Positions 12,556 through 20,378 of a stretch of 32,000 nucleotides of DNA are shown one piece after another (the stretch's first letter is position 1; every line of letters begins with the position of its first letter). The position numbers and the translations under genes are program-made. The DNA comes from Methylorubrum extorquens (GTDB lineage: Bacteria; Pseudomonadota; Alphaproteobacteria; Rhizobiales; Beijerinckiaceae). The notes beneath the pieces are model-generated. The model had not been told where the DNA came from. It worked only from the letters and a program-made list of their open reading frames with translations, and did no database searches. The stretch lies in the NCBI GenBank assembly GCA_900234795.1, contig LT962688.1, positions 4,260,001 to 4,292,000 of the forward strand, in the 5' to 3' direction.

Positions 12556-12585
12556 CTTCGGTATCTGGTATACCAGATACCGAAG
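12556..12585. repeat. 30-bp perfect palindrome CTTCGGTATCTGGTA|TACCAGATACCGAAG
   Basis: Read directly: 15-nt arms, no spacer, no mismatch. About 47% G+C in a far more GC-rich background. It lies 55 nt after the PPIase stop and 50 nt before the small ORF at 12635. Confidence 0.9.
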
Positions 12586-12634
12586 TGCGGTGCGATATAG
12601 GGCTCATCGCAACGCAGCAACGGACCTGCCCGCC

Positions 12635-12832
12635 ATGATCGCCCTCGTCGTTCTCGCCGCCGCCATCGCCAACGTGACCCTCGTCGTGCTGCTGGCCGAG
12701 CGCTTCGGCTCCGAGGGCGTGCATACCTCCGCCGGCGAACTGACCAGCTTCCAGCCCGTCGCCCGCCCGGCCCATGCTGTCACGCTGGCCAACGAGAACA
12801 TCGCCGTCACCGCGACCAAGATCGCCGCCTGA
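12635..12832 (+). CDS. Small hypothetical membrane protein (65 aa, one N-terminal TM helix)
   Basis: MIALVVLAAAIANVTLVVLLAERF... has strongly G/C-biased third codon positions like neighbouring genes. A clean intrinsic terminator follows 25 nt downstream. No obvious Shine-Dalgarno and no family recognised. Confidence 0.55.
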   Translation: MIALVVLAAAIANVTLVVLLAERFGSEGVHTSAGELTSFQPVARPAHAVTLANENIAVTATKIAA

Positions 12833-12856
12833 CACCGGCATACCCGGTCCGATCAG

Positions 12857-12896
12857 AACCGCCCCCGCGCCTTCAGGCCGGGGGCGGTTTCTTTTT
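12857..12896 (+). terminator. Rho-independent terminator
   Basis: AACCGCCCCCG (12857-12867) pairs perfectly with CGGGGGCGGTT (12879-12889), followed by TCTTTTT (to 12896). It sits between the small ORF (+) and the 3' end of chrA (-). Confidence 0.8.
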
Positions 12897-12975
12897 GGGC
12901 GCCGTGTCGCCGTGCGATCGGCCGCCAGCTCCTACGGCGGCCATCGTGCTGGCAATCGCGTTCCGTGGAGCCGCC

Positions 12976-14379
12976 CTACACGGCACCGACGAGGTGCAGG
13001 ACAACGCCCGCCGTCGCACTGGCCAGCAGCGTCTGGACCACGCCGGCCTTGAACCGGAACACCGCCAGCACCGCCGCCGCCGCGAGCATGAGGGCCCAGG
13101 GGTTCAGGCTCGACAGAATCGGTAGGTCGAACCGGATCGGCCCGGCCGTGAACGGTCGCGTCTCAGCGAAGATGGTGTGCAGCGCGAACCAGACCGCGAG
13201 ATTGAGGATCACGCCCACCACCGCCGCCGTGATCGCCGAGAGCGCACCGGCCAGCGCTTGGTTGCCGCGCAGGCGCTCGACGTAAGGGGCGCCGACGAAG
13301 ATCCAGAGAAAGCAGGGCGCGAAGGTCACCCAGGTGGTGAGCAGCCCCCCGAGCGTGCCCGCGACGAGCGGCGGGAGCGCGCCTGGCGCCCGGTAGGCGG
13401 CCAGAAACCCCACGAACTGCGTCACCATGATCAGCGGGCCGGGTGTGGTCTCCGCCATACCGAGGCCGTCGAGCATCTCGCCGGGCTTGAGCCAGCCGTA
13501 ATGCTCCACCGCCTGCTGGGCGACGTAGGAGAGCACCGCGTAGGCGCCCCCGAAGGTCACCATCGCCATCTTCGAGAAGAACACCGCGATGTGGCTAAAG
13601 ACGTCGTCCGGCCCGAGGGCGAGCAGGAGGGCAGCGACCGGCACAAGCCAGATCGCACCCCAGGTCAGCAGCATCCGCAGCGTGTGCCCGGCGGTGGCCC
13701 GCTCCTGCGGAAGCTCGTGGTCGTCGAGCAGGAAGGGACCCTCCACGACCTTGCCGCCGGCCCCGTGCCCACCGGCCTTGAACTGCGGCAGCCCGGCCCG
13801 GCCGCCGAGGTAACCGATGACGCCCGCCATCAGCACGATCAGCGGGAAGGGCACGTTGAGGAAGAAGATCGCCACGAAGGCCGCTGCAGCGAGTCCAAGC
13901 ATCACGGGACCCTTGAGCGCCCGCTTGCCGATGCGGATCACGGCCTGGAGCACGATGGCGAGCACCGCCGCCTTCAGGCCGAAGAACAGGCCCGCGATGA
14001 ACCCGACGTTGCCGTAGAGGGCATAGACCCAGCTCAAGCCCATGATGGCGACGACGCCCGGAAGAACGAATAGCCCGCCCGCGACGAGACCGCCGCGGGG
14101 GCCGTGCATCAGCCAACCCACATAGGTCGCGAGCTGCTGCGCCTCGGGGCCGGGCAAGAGCGTGCAGAAGTTCAGCGCGTGCAGGAACCGGTTCTCGGAG
14201 ATCCAGCGCCTTTCCTCGACGAGGATGCGATGCATGATCGCGATCTGCCCGGCCGGGCCGCCGAACGAGAGCGCGGCGATGCGGGCCCAGACCGGCACCG
14301 CCTCGGCCAGGGTCACGGGCAGCGGCGCTTCCGAGGCGGCCGCGCCGGGCTCGGTCTGAATGCGTGCCGTCGCGGCCAT
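12976..14379 (-). CDS. chrA: Chromate ion transporter ChrA (long, two-domain CHR family)
   Basis: Duplicated CHR halves: ALSFGGPAGQIAIMHRILVEE in the N-terminal half and AMVTFGGAYAVLSYVAQQAVEHYGWL in the C-terminal half. Highly hydrophobic, 467 aa. Confidence 0.92.
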   Translation of the reverse strand: MAATARIQTEPGAAASEAPLPVTLAEAVPVWARIAALSFGGPAGQIAIMHRILVEERRWISENRFLHALNFCTLLPGPEAQQLATYVGWLMHGPRGGLVAGGLFVLPGVVAIMGLSWVYALYGNVGFIAGLFFGLKAAVLAIVLQAVIRIGKRALKGPVMLGLAAAAFVAIFFLNVPFPLIVLMAGVIGYLGGRAGLPQFKAGGHGAGGKVVEGPFLLDDHELPQERATAGHTLRMLLTWGAIWLVPVAALLLALGPDDVFSHIAVFFSKMAMVTFGGAYAVLSYVAQQAVEHYGWLKPGEMLDGLGMAETTPGPLIMVTQFVGFLAAYRAPGALPPLVAGTLGGLLTTWVTFAPCFLWIFVGAPYVERLRGNQALAGALSAITAAVVGVILNLAVWFALHTIFAETRPFTAGPIRFDLPILSSLNPWALMLAAAAVLAVFRFKAGVVQTLLASATAGVVLHLVGAV

Positions 14380-14381
14380 GG

Positions 14382-15212
14382 TCAGGCTCTCTCCTTGGGC
14401 TTGTTGGTCGGCCAGTTATGCGTCTCCTCCGTGGCGTCGCGGCACCAGCGGTAGAAGGCGTCGTAGAGGAGCATCCCGGCGTCGAGCTGGGCGAGGTCGT
14501 CCGCGTAGATGCGCGACAGGCCGAGCGAGGCCGCGAGCAGGCCGGCGGCCTCGGGTGCGAGATCCGGCCGGCCCGTGTCGGCCCCGCGCACGAGGGTCGC
14601 GAGGTGCAGGAGCGGCGGCGTGGCGAGGCCGAGCTCCTCGACCATGACGTCGAAGGTGCAGAGATCGCCCCGGTGGCTCCAGAAGGTGCCGGGGTCGTCG
14701 ATGTCGAACGGGGCGGCCTCGAACCGTTCCGCGACGCCGACAACCTCGCTCGGCGGCACAAAGAGAAAGACCGCGTCCGGATCGACGAAGCGGCGGATGA
14801 GCCATGGGCAGGCGATGCGGTCGACCTTGGGCCGTGCGCGCGTGACCCAGACGGTGCGGCCCTGCGCATCGCGGTTGCGGATCTTGTCGGCCGGAACCAT
14901 GGGCCGTTCGGCGGCCGCCCAATCCGCCAATCCGCCTTGGAGCGCCTCGGCGTCGACGCCGGCGCTGCGCAGCCAAGCGGCGACCCCATGGCTGTTCCGG
15001 CGCCCATCCTCGCACACGACCACGACCGACCTGCCGCGTAGTCGGGGCGCCCACTCGGCGACTCGGTCGGGCGCCCGGACCAGGGAGCCCGGCACATGGC
15101 GCTGGTTGGCGAGGAACGCCTTGTCGGTGCGCACGTCCACAATGGCCGGGCAGCCGGGAGTGCCGATTAGGCGCGCAAGTTTTTCAACGGAGATGGTGGT
15201 GAGCGTAGCCAT
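14382..15212 (-). CDS. Rhodanese-domain / ChrB C-terminal-domain fusion (sulfurtransferase/chromate resistance protein)
   Basis: The N-terminal rhodanese fold has active-site loop CEDGRR (C-x2-G-x-R; Cys codon 15012-15014). The C-terminal part, VWVTRARPKVDRIACPWLIRRFVDPDAVFLFV...FDIDD...FSHRGDLCTFDVM, resembles the ChrB C-terminal domain. ATG 15212 is preceded by AAGGA. The stop is 2 nt from the chrA ATG (TGACCATG). Confidence 0.82.
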   Translation of the reverse strand: MATLTTISVEKLARLIGTPGCPAIVDVRTDKAFLANQRHVPGSLVRAPDRVAEWAPRLRGRSVVVVCEDGRRNSHGVAAWLRSAGVDAEALQGGLADWAAAERPMVPADKIRNRDAQGRTVWVTRARPKVDRIACPWLIRRFVDPDAVFLFVPPSEVVGVAERFEAAPFDIDDPGTFWSHRGDLCTFDVMVEELGLATPPLLHLATLVRGADTGRPDLAPEAAGLLAASLGLSRIYADDLAQLDAGMLLYDAFYRWCRDATEETHNWPTNKPKERA

Positions 15213-15295
15213 GGCGCGTCCTTGCAACCAGTGCAGTAGGGACGCGATGCTTTGGCCTTAGCCTCGTGAGGAGATCGCCTTCCCCATAGGCCGTA

Positions 15296-15323
15296 GGGAT
15301 ACCGGCGATAGGGGTGCTGTCAA
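15296..15323 (-). promoter_or_regulatory. Candidate sigma70-type promoter for the chrB-like/chrA operon
   Basis: The minus strand reads TTGACA (15323-15318), a 16-nt spacer, then TATCCC (15301-15296), about 85 nt upstream of ATG 15212. The -35 is perfect and the -10 is weak. Confidence 0.3.
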
Positions 15324-15454
15324 GCGGGGCGTGCGCTGGCCGTGCCCGCTTCCTATGGTCCGCTTTTCGTCCAACCCGGTCTTGCGCCTGTGCCTGCTCA
15401 AAGGTCCGAGAAGGGCGCCAAGCAGACCCTCGCATCGTCGCGACGATCTCGGTC

Positions 15455-16201
15455 TCAGCCCTCGCCCAACCGCCAGTCGATCGGCGCGCGGCCCTGCGCT
15501 TCGAGCCACGCATTCGCCCGGTCGAACGGCCGCGAGCCGGGGAAGTCGCGGGCGCGGTTGAGCGGCGAGGGGTGGCCCGAGGCGATGACGCCGTGGCGGC
15601 TGGTGTCGATCAGCGCCTCGCGGGCGCGGGCCTGGGCGCCCCAGAGCAGGAACACCGCCGGCGCGTCGCGGGCGGAGACGGCTTCCACCGCCTCGTCGGT
15701 GAGTTGCGACCAGCCGAACCGCAGATGCGCGCCGGACTTGCCGGCCTCCGTCGTGAGCGCCGCGTTCAGAAGCAGCACCCCGCGCTCCGCCCAGGGCGTG
15801 AGGTCGCCGGTCGAGAGGTCGGGCTTTTCCCCCTCGGGAGCGAGTTCGGCCAGGATCACCTTGAGCGAGGCCGGCAGGCGGCGCGGGCCGACATAGGAGA
15901 AGGCGAGCCCGTTGGCGTCGCCCGGCGTGGGGTAGGGGTCCTGGCCGAGGATCACCGCCTTCACCGCGGGCAGGGGCGTCAGCGTCAGCGCCCGGAAGAT
16001 CGCCGCGGGCTCCGGCAGCACTGTCGCCCCGGCCGCGACGCGCGCATCGACCTTTTTCGCGACCCGATCCGCCGCCCCCTCCCGGAAGAAGGGCAGGTCG
16101 AGCCAGGGGGAGCCGCTGGCGCGGAAGGCGGCGAGTGCGGCCTCGACGGGTCCTTTCACACCAGCATCGGTCATCCCGTTTGCAGTGAAGAGGTGGGCCA
16201 T
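15455..16201 (-). CDS. ung: Uracil-DNA glycosylase (family 1)
   Basis: GQDPYPTPG (water-activating loop), VLLLNAALT, and GHPSPLN (Leu-intercalation loop). ATG at 16201 (MAHLFTANG). The ORF-track start 16207 is a TTG two codons upstream. Confidence 0.92.
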   Translation of the reverse strand: MAHLFTANGMTDAGVKGPVEAALAAFRASGSPWLDLPFFREGAADRVAKKVDARVAAGATVLPEPAAIFRALTLTPLPAVKAVILGQDPYPTPGDANGLAFSYVGPRRLPASLKVILAELAPEGEKPDLSTGDLTPWAERGVLLLNAALTTEAGKSGAHLRFGWSQLTDEAVEAVSARDAPAVFLLWGAQARAREALIDTSRHGVIASGHPSPLNRARDFPGSRPFDRANAWLEAQGRAPIDWRLGEG

Positions 16202-16337
16202 GGACAATTCCGCTTGTCGTTATCGAGAGGCTTCAGCCGAAGCCATCCAGCGGCGCGACCGTTCCGGACGGATCCAGTCCTCGATCGCTTCGGCTCGCCC
16301 CGCGATGACGAGTGGGCACGCAGGGCCGAGATCGGGT

Positions 16338-17840
16338 TCAGAGTAACCGAATCCGCCCTCCGGTCTCGGCCGGCAGCGGTGCGTGGGTGCGGATATAGGC
16401 CATCACCTCGTTGGCGAGCAGCCGCCCGTCGGTGCCGCCGATCAGGACGCGGCCCTTCGCCAGCATCCCGTAATCGTTGCCGCCGCGCAGCATGAAGTCG
16501 TTGGCGGCCACGCGGTAGATGCGGGCGTCGTCCAGGGGGGCACCCCCGACCGTCGCCGACACGACGCGCCGGCCCGGCGGCGCGTTCGGGTCGAGCGTCA
16601 CCACCATTCCCGAGAGTTGCAGGAACCGGCCCGAGGGGCGGCCGAGATCGCGAAACCCGTTCTCCAGGGCCTCGCGCAGGGTCGCCCCGTCGATCGCCAC
16701 GAGCACGGTGGTGTTGCCGAAGGGCAGTTCGCTGAGGATGTCGCGCCGCGTCAGGCTGGTGCCCGCCGGGTAGAGCCGGTCGCCGCGGATGCCGCCGCCG
16801 TTCATCAGGCCGATCTCGGCCTCGGTCCCCACCCGCACCGCGTCGGCGACGAGATCGCCGAAACTCGCTTCCCGCACCCGCACCGAGGCGATCCGGCTGT
16901 CGAGCGCGCCTTGCGTCGTGCCGATCACGACGTCGAGTTCCCGCGACAGCTCGCCCCCGAGCCGGCGCACCACGGCGAGCGTGTCCGGATCGGGCGTCAC
17001 CTCGGCGGTGTCGTGGATGCGGAAGGCGGCGCGCCAGCGCACCGGCCCGTCGCCGGTCCCCGTGACGAAGACATCGACCGCGGTGACGTAGTGGGCGTCG
17101 TGGCTCGATTCGACCATCACCGTCTGCCCGTCGTCGCGCACGACGAGGTCGTGGTCGTGGCCCGAGAGCAGGATATCGACGAGGCGCGCCCCCACGATCG
17201 CGTCGTCGGTCACCCGCGCGGTGTGGGCGATCCCGACGATCATCTGCGCCCCAGCCTTGCGCAGGGCGTCCGCCTCGCGCGCCAGGGTCTCGATCTCAGG
17301 GCCGAAGCGTAAGGTCCCGGATTGCGATTTTTCCGGCGTCGCCTGCAGGGCGATGCCGACGAGGCCGACGCGGATGCCGCCGAGTTCGATCAGCCGCGTA
17401 TCCTCGATGCCGGGCAGTTGTCGGCCGTCCGCCCCGCGCAGGTTGGCGGCGAGGAAGGGGAAGCGGGCCTCCCTCCGGCGCTCGGCGAACACCTCGGGGC
17501 CGAAATCGAACTCGTGATTGCCCGGCACGAACACGTCGGGGGGTGCCAGATTCAAAAGTTCGACGATATGCGCGCCCCGGTCGAAGCCCGACATCAGCGA
17601 GGGCGAGAAGCTGTCGCCGGCATGCGCGTAGAGCAGCGGCACGCCGCGGGCGCGCTCGGCCTTCACCACCGCGTTGAGCCGGGCAAAGCCGCCGCGCCCC
17701 TCCACCGCGTCCATCGCGTAGATGTCGTTGACGAGGAGCAGGGTGAAGGTCGGCGTGCCGGCCAGCGCCGCACCGGTGCCGGCTGCGAGGAGACCCGCGC
17801 CAAGCCCGACGACGGTCTCGCGGCGGCTCGGGCGCATCAC
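16338..17840 (-). CDS. Bifunctional metallophosphatase/5'-nucleotidase (UshA-like), Tat-exported
   Basis: Twin-arginine signal PSRRETVVGLGAGLLAAGTGAALA. Metallophosphoesterase motifs HAGDSFSP and PGNHEFDFG. C-terminal 5'-nucleotidase domain present. GTG 17840 or ATG 17837. Confidence 0.88.
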   Translation of the reverse strand: MMRPSRRETVVGLGAGLLAAGTGAALAGTPTFTLLLVNDIYAMDAVEGRGGFARLNAVVKAERARGVPLLYAHAGDSFSPSLMSGFDRGAHIVELLNLAPPDVFVPGNHEFDFGPEVFAERRREARFPFLAANLRGADGRQLPGIEDTRLIELGGIRVGLVGIALQATPEKSQSGTLRFGPEIETLAREADALRKAGAQMIVGIAHTARVTDDAIVGARLVDILLSGHDHDLVVRDDGQTVMVESSHDAHYVTAVDVFVTGTGDGPVRWRAAFRIHDTAEVTPDPDTLAVVRRLGGELSRELDVVIGTTQGALDSRIASVRVREASFGDLVADAVRVGTEAEIGLMNGGGIRGDRLYPAGTSLTRRDILSELPFGNTTVLVAIDGATLREALENGFRDLGRPSGRFLQLSGMVVTLDPNAPPGRRVVSATVGGAPLDDARIYRVAANDFMLRGGNDYGMLAKGRVLIGGTDGRLLANEVMAYIRTHAPLPAETGGRIRLL

Positions 17841-17844
17841 CGGC

Positions 17845-18816
17845 TCAGCGCTTGGTGAGCCCGTCCTTGCTCATCCCGTCCCGCACCGCCTTGGCGTTGC
17901 GCCGCAGCGCCGGCCAGATCCAGGCGCCCGAGGCGAAGTAGAGTCCCGCCGACATCGGCTTCAGATCGACGGCGAGCCGGTCGGCGAGGCCGGGATTTTT
18001 CAGCGGCACGGCGGGCGCATCGGTCTTGCGGTAGACCACCGTGGTGTCCTCGCGCCAGTACTCGGTATGCGGCACGAGGCCGGCGCGACGGGCCAGCAGG
18101 TCGAAGGTCTCGCGCACATAGCCGTGGACATGGGCGAAGTGGAAGCGCTCGTGCGGCGGCTTGCCGGTGGCGGCCATGTTCGGCACCGCCGCGTAGAGGA
18201 TGCCATCGGGCTTCAGCCAGCCGGCCAGCCGCTCCATCGTCTCGGCCGGGTTGCGCAGATGCTCCAGCACGTGGTGCGTTGAGATCACGTCGAAATGGCC
18301 GGCGGGGAAGCGGTTCGGGTCCTCGGCCTCGTCGAGCACCTCGACGCCGTGATGCGTCCGGGCAAAGGTCGCGTAGTCGCGGCCGGGCTCGACGCCGATC
18401 ACCTCGCAGCCGCGCCGTTTGGCCTCCGCCAGGAACTCGCCGGAGCCTGAGCCGAAATCGAGCAGCTGCGCGCCCGCCTTCAGCTTCGGCGCCAGCAGGT
18501 CGGCGCGGAACGTCGCCTCGCGGGCCGAGCGGTTGAGATGGTGGCGCGGCGGCCCGCCCGCGAAGGCGAGCTGATAATCGGCGCGGTAGGCGGTCGAATA
18601 ATATTCGGCCAGCTCGTCCGGTGTCGGCATCGGATCGGTGCGGATCAGGCCGCATTGCAGGCAGGCGATCGAGCGCAGGGTCTTGAGCCGCCGGTCGGTC
18701 TCGGCCACGGTGACGGCGTCGCGGCATCCGCACAGGTTGCACGCGGCCGGCGCCCCCTCATAGGGGTAGCCGGTGAACGGCACGAAGTGCTTCAGGAAGT
18801 AGCGGGGGGACGGCAT
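17845..18816 (-). CDS. Class I SAM-dependent methyltransferase with N-terminal four-Cys zinc-ribbon-like segment
   Basis: SAM motif I LLDFGSGSGEF, then VISTHHVLEHL and LKPDGILY. The N-terminus has CNLCGC...CLQCG. The stop is 4 nt from the start of the 5'-nucleotidase gene. Confidence 0.82.
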   Translation of the reverse strand: MPSPRYFLKHFVPFTGYPYEGAPAACNLCGCRDAVTVAETDRRLKTLRSIACLQCGLIRTDPMPTPDELAEYYSTAYRADYQLAFAGGPPRHHLNRSAREATFRADLLAPKLKAGAQLLDFGSGSGEFLAEAKRRGCEVIGVEPGRDYATFARTHHGVEVLDEAEDPNRFPAGHFDVISTHHVLEHLRNPAETMERLAGWLKPDGILYAAVPNMAATGKPPHERFHFAHVHGYVRETFDLLARRAGLVPHTEYWREDTTVVYRKTDAPAVPLKNPGLADRLAVDLKPMSAGLYFASGAWIWPALRRNAKAVRDGMSKDGLTKR

Positions 18817-18992
18817 GTCGCGCTGGCCTCCGGAGCGATTTCGGGCAAAGGGTTTGCCGAGATTCGGGCCGGACTCCCCGCAAGAGTGTTCTCTCTCGGG
18901 TGAGCCTTGGCCTTGAAAAGCCGCCTGCTCTAGATCGAACGGCCGGTCCGCACAACCGGATCGCTTGCCGCATTGAGGGAGGCGGGGAGCCC

Positions 18993-20078
18993 GTGACCGG
19001 AAACCCGATGAACGAACGCGTCGAACCTCACACCCTCCTGCGCGATCCCGTGCCGGTCGCGCCCACCGCCCTGCCGCCCGACCACCCGGCGGTGCGAACC
19101 GGCCGCGTCGGCGTGCTGCTGATGAATCTCGGCACCCCCGAGGGCACGAGCTACTGGCCGATGCGCCGCTATCTCAAGGAGTTCCTCTCCGACCGCCGGG
19201 TGATCGAGGTGCCGCGGCTGATCTGGTGGCCGCTGCTCAATCTCATCATCCTGACCAAGCGGCCGGGGCCGAAGGGCCGCGACTACGCCAGCATCTGGAA
19301 CAACGAACGCGACGAGGGGCCGCTCAAGACGATCACCCGCGGCCAGTGCGAGAAGCTCCAGGCGGCGATGGGCGATTCCGTCGTGGTCGATTGGGCGATG
19401 CGCTACGGCAAGCCGGAGGTGAGCCTGCGCATCCAGGCGCTGCTCGACCAGGGCTGCGACCGCATCCTGCTGGTGCCGCTCTATCCGCAATACGCGGCGG
19501 CGACCTCGGCCACCGCCTGCGATCAGGCCTTCAAGGCCCTGATGCAGATGCGCTGGCAGCCGACCGTGCGGGTCTCGCCACCCTACCACGACGATCCCGT
19601 TTACATCGAAGCCATGGCCCAATCGATCCGCGAGGGTTTGGCCAAGCTCGATTTCGAGCCGGAGGTGATCCTCACCTCGTTCCACGGCGTGCCCAAGAGC
19701 TATCTGCTCAAGGGCGACCCCTACCATTGCCAGTGCCTCAAGACCGGCCGGCTGATCCGCGAAGCGATGGGCTACACGCCGGAGCGGATGCGCGTGACCT
19801 TCCAGTCGCGCTTCGGCAACGAGGAATGGCTCAAGCCCTATACCGACGAGACCGTGCAGGCGCTGGCCAAGTCCGGCGTGAAGCGCATGGCGATCGTGGC
19901 GCCGGGCTTCACCGCCGACTGCCTGGAGACGCTGGAGGAACTCGACGGCGAGAACCGCCACTATTTCGAGGAGAATGGCGGCGAGAAATACGCCTTCATT
20001 CCCTGCCTCAACGATTCCGACCTCGGCATGCGGGTGATCGAGAACGTGGTGCGCCGGGAATTGCAGGGCTGGATCTGA
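18993..20078 (+). CDS. hemH: Ferrochelatase
   Basis: GVLLMNLGTPEG, LVPLYPQYAAATS, SFHGVPKSY, QSRFGNEEWLKPYT, APGFTADCLETLEE. GTG 18993 is preferred because GAGGGAGG (18975-18982) lies 10 nt upstream. Alternative ATG 19008. Confidence 0.93.
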   Translation: MTGNPMNERVEPHTLLRDPVPVAPTALPPDHPAVRTGRVGVLLMNLGTPEGTSYWPMRRYLKEFLSDRRVIEVPRLIWWPLLNLIILTKRPGPKGRDYASIWNNERDEGPLKTITRGQCEKLQAAMGDSVVVDWAMRYGKPEVSLRIQALLDQGCDRILLVPLYPQYAAATSATACDQAFKALMQMRWQPTVRVSPPYHDDPVYIEAMAQSIREGLAKLDFEPEVILTSFHGVPKSYLLKGDPYHCQCLKTGRLIREAMGYTPERMRVTFQSRFGNEEWLKPYTDETVQALAKSGVKRMAIVAPGFTADCLETLEELDGENRHYFEENGGEKYAFIPCLNDSDLGMRVIENVVRRELQGWI

Positions 20079-20098
20079 CGGGGCTCGGACGGGGCTCG
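20077..20098. repeat. Perfect 11-bp tandem duplication GACGGGGCTCG x2 beginning inside the hemH stop codon
   Basis: Copies at 20077-20087 and 20088-20098 are identical. The hemH TGA is 20076-20078. Confidence 0.9.
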
Positions 20099-20378
20099 AC
20101 GAACGCCGCGCAGGGTCCGTCGTGAGCCCGCGCGGCGGTTCGCCATGCCGCGAAAGCGCTCCATCATCGCCCTAACGTTGCCTTGCGCCCCCCTCGGAAC
20201 GCATGCTAGGCGACAGCCGCGCCGCGGGGAGACCGATCAAGGCCTTCCGAGCCCGGTGCAATTCCAATCCCCACGGGTCTCACGCCGTCGCCGCAAGGCG
20301 AGTTCGAGCATGAGGGGCCGGCGGGCAAGGACAAGAGAGAGCGACGGGTGGCGCAGAACGGTTCCGAGGGTCCCCCTG

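Noticed and set aside
13595-15142. 515-aa minus-strand ORF overlapping chrA and the rhodanese-ChrB gene in another frame
   Set aside because: The product is Arg/Pro/Ala/Ser-rich with no motifs. The overlapping frames encode clearly recognisable ChrA and rhodanese/ChrB proteins.
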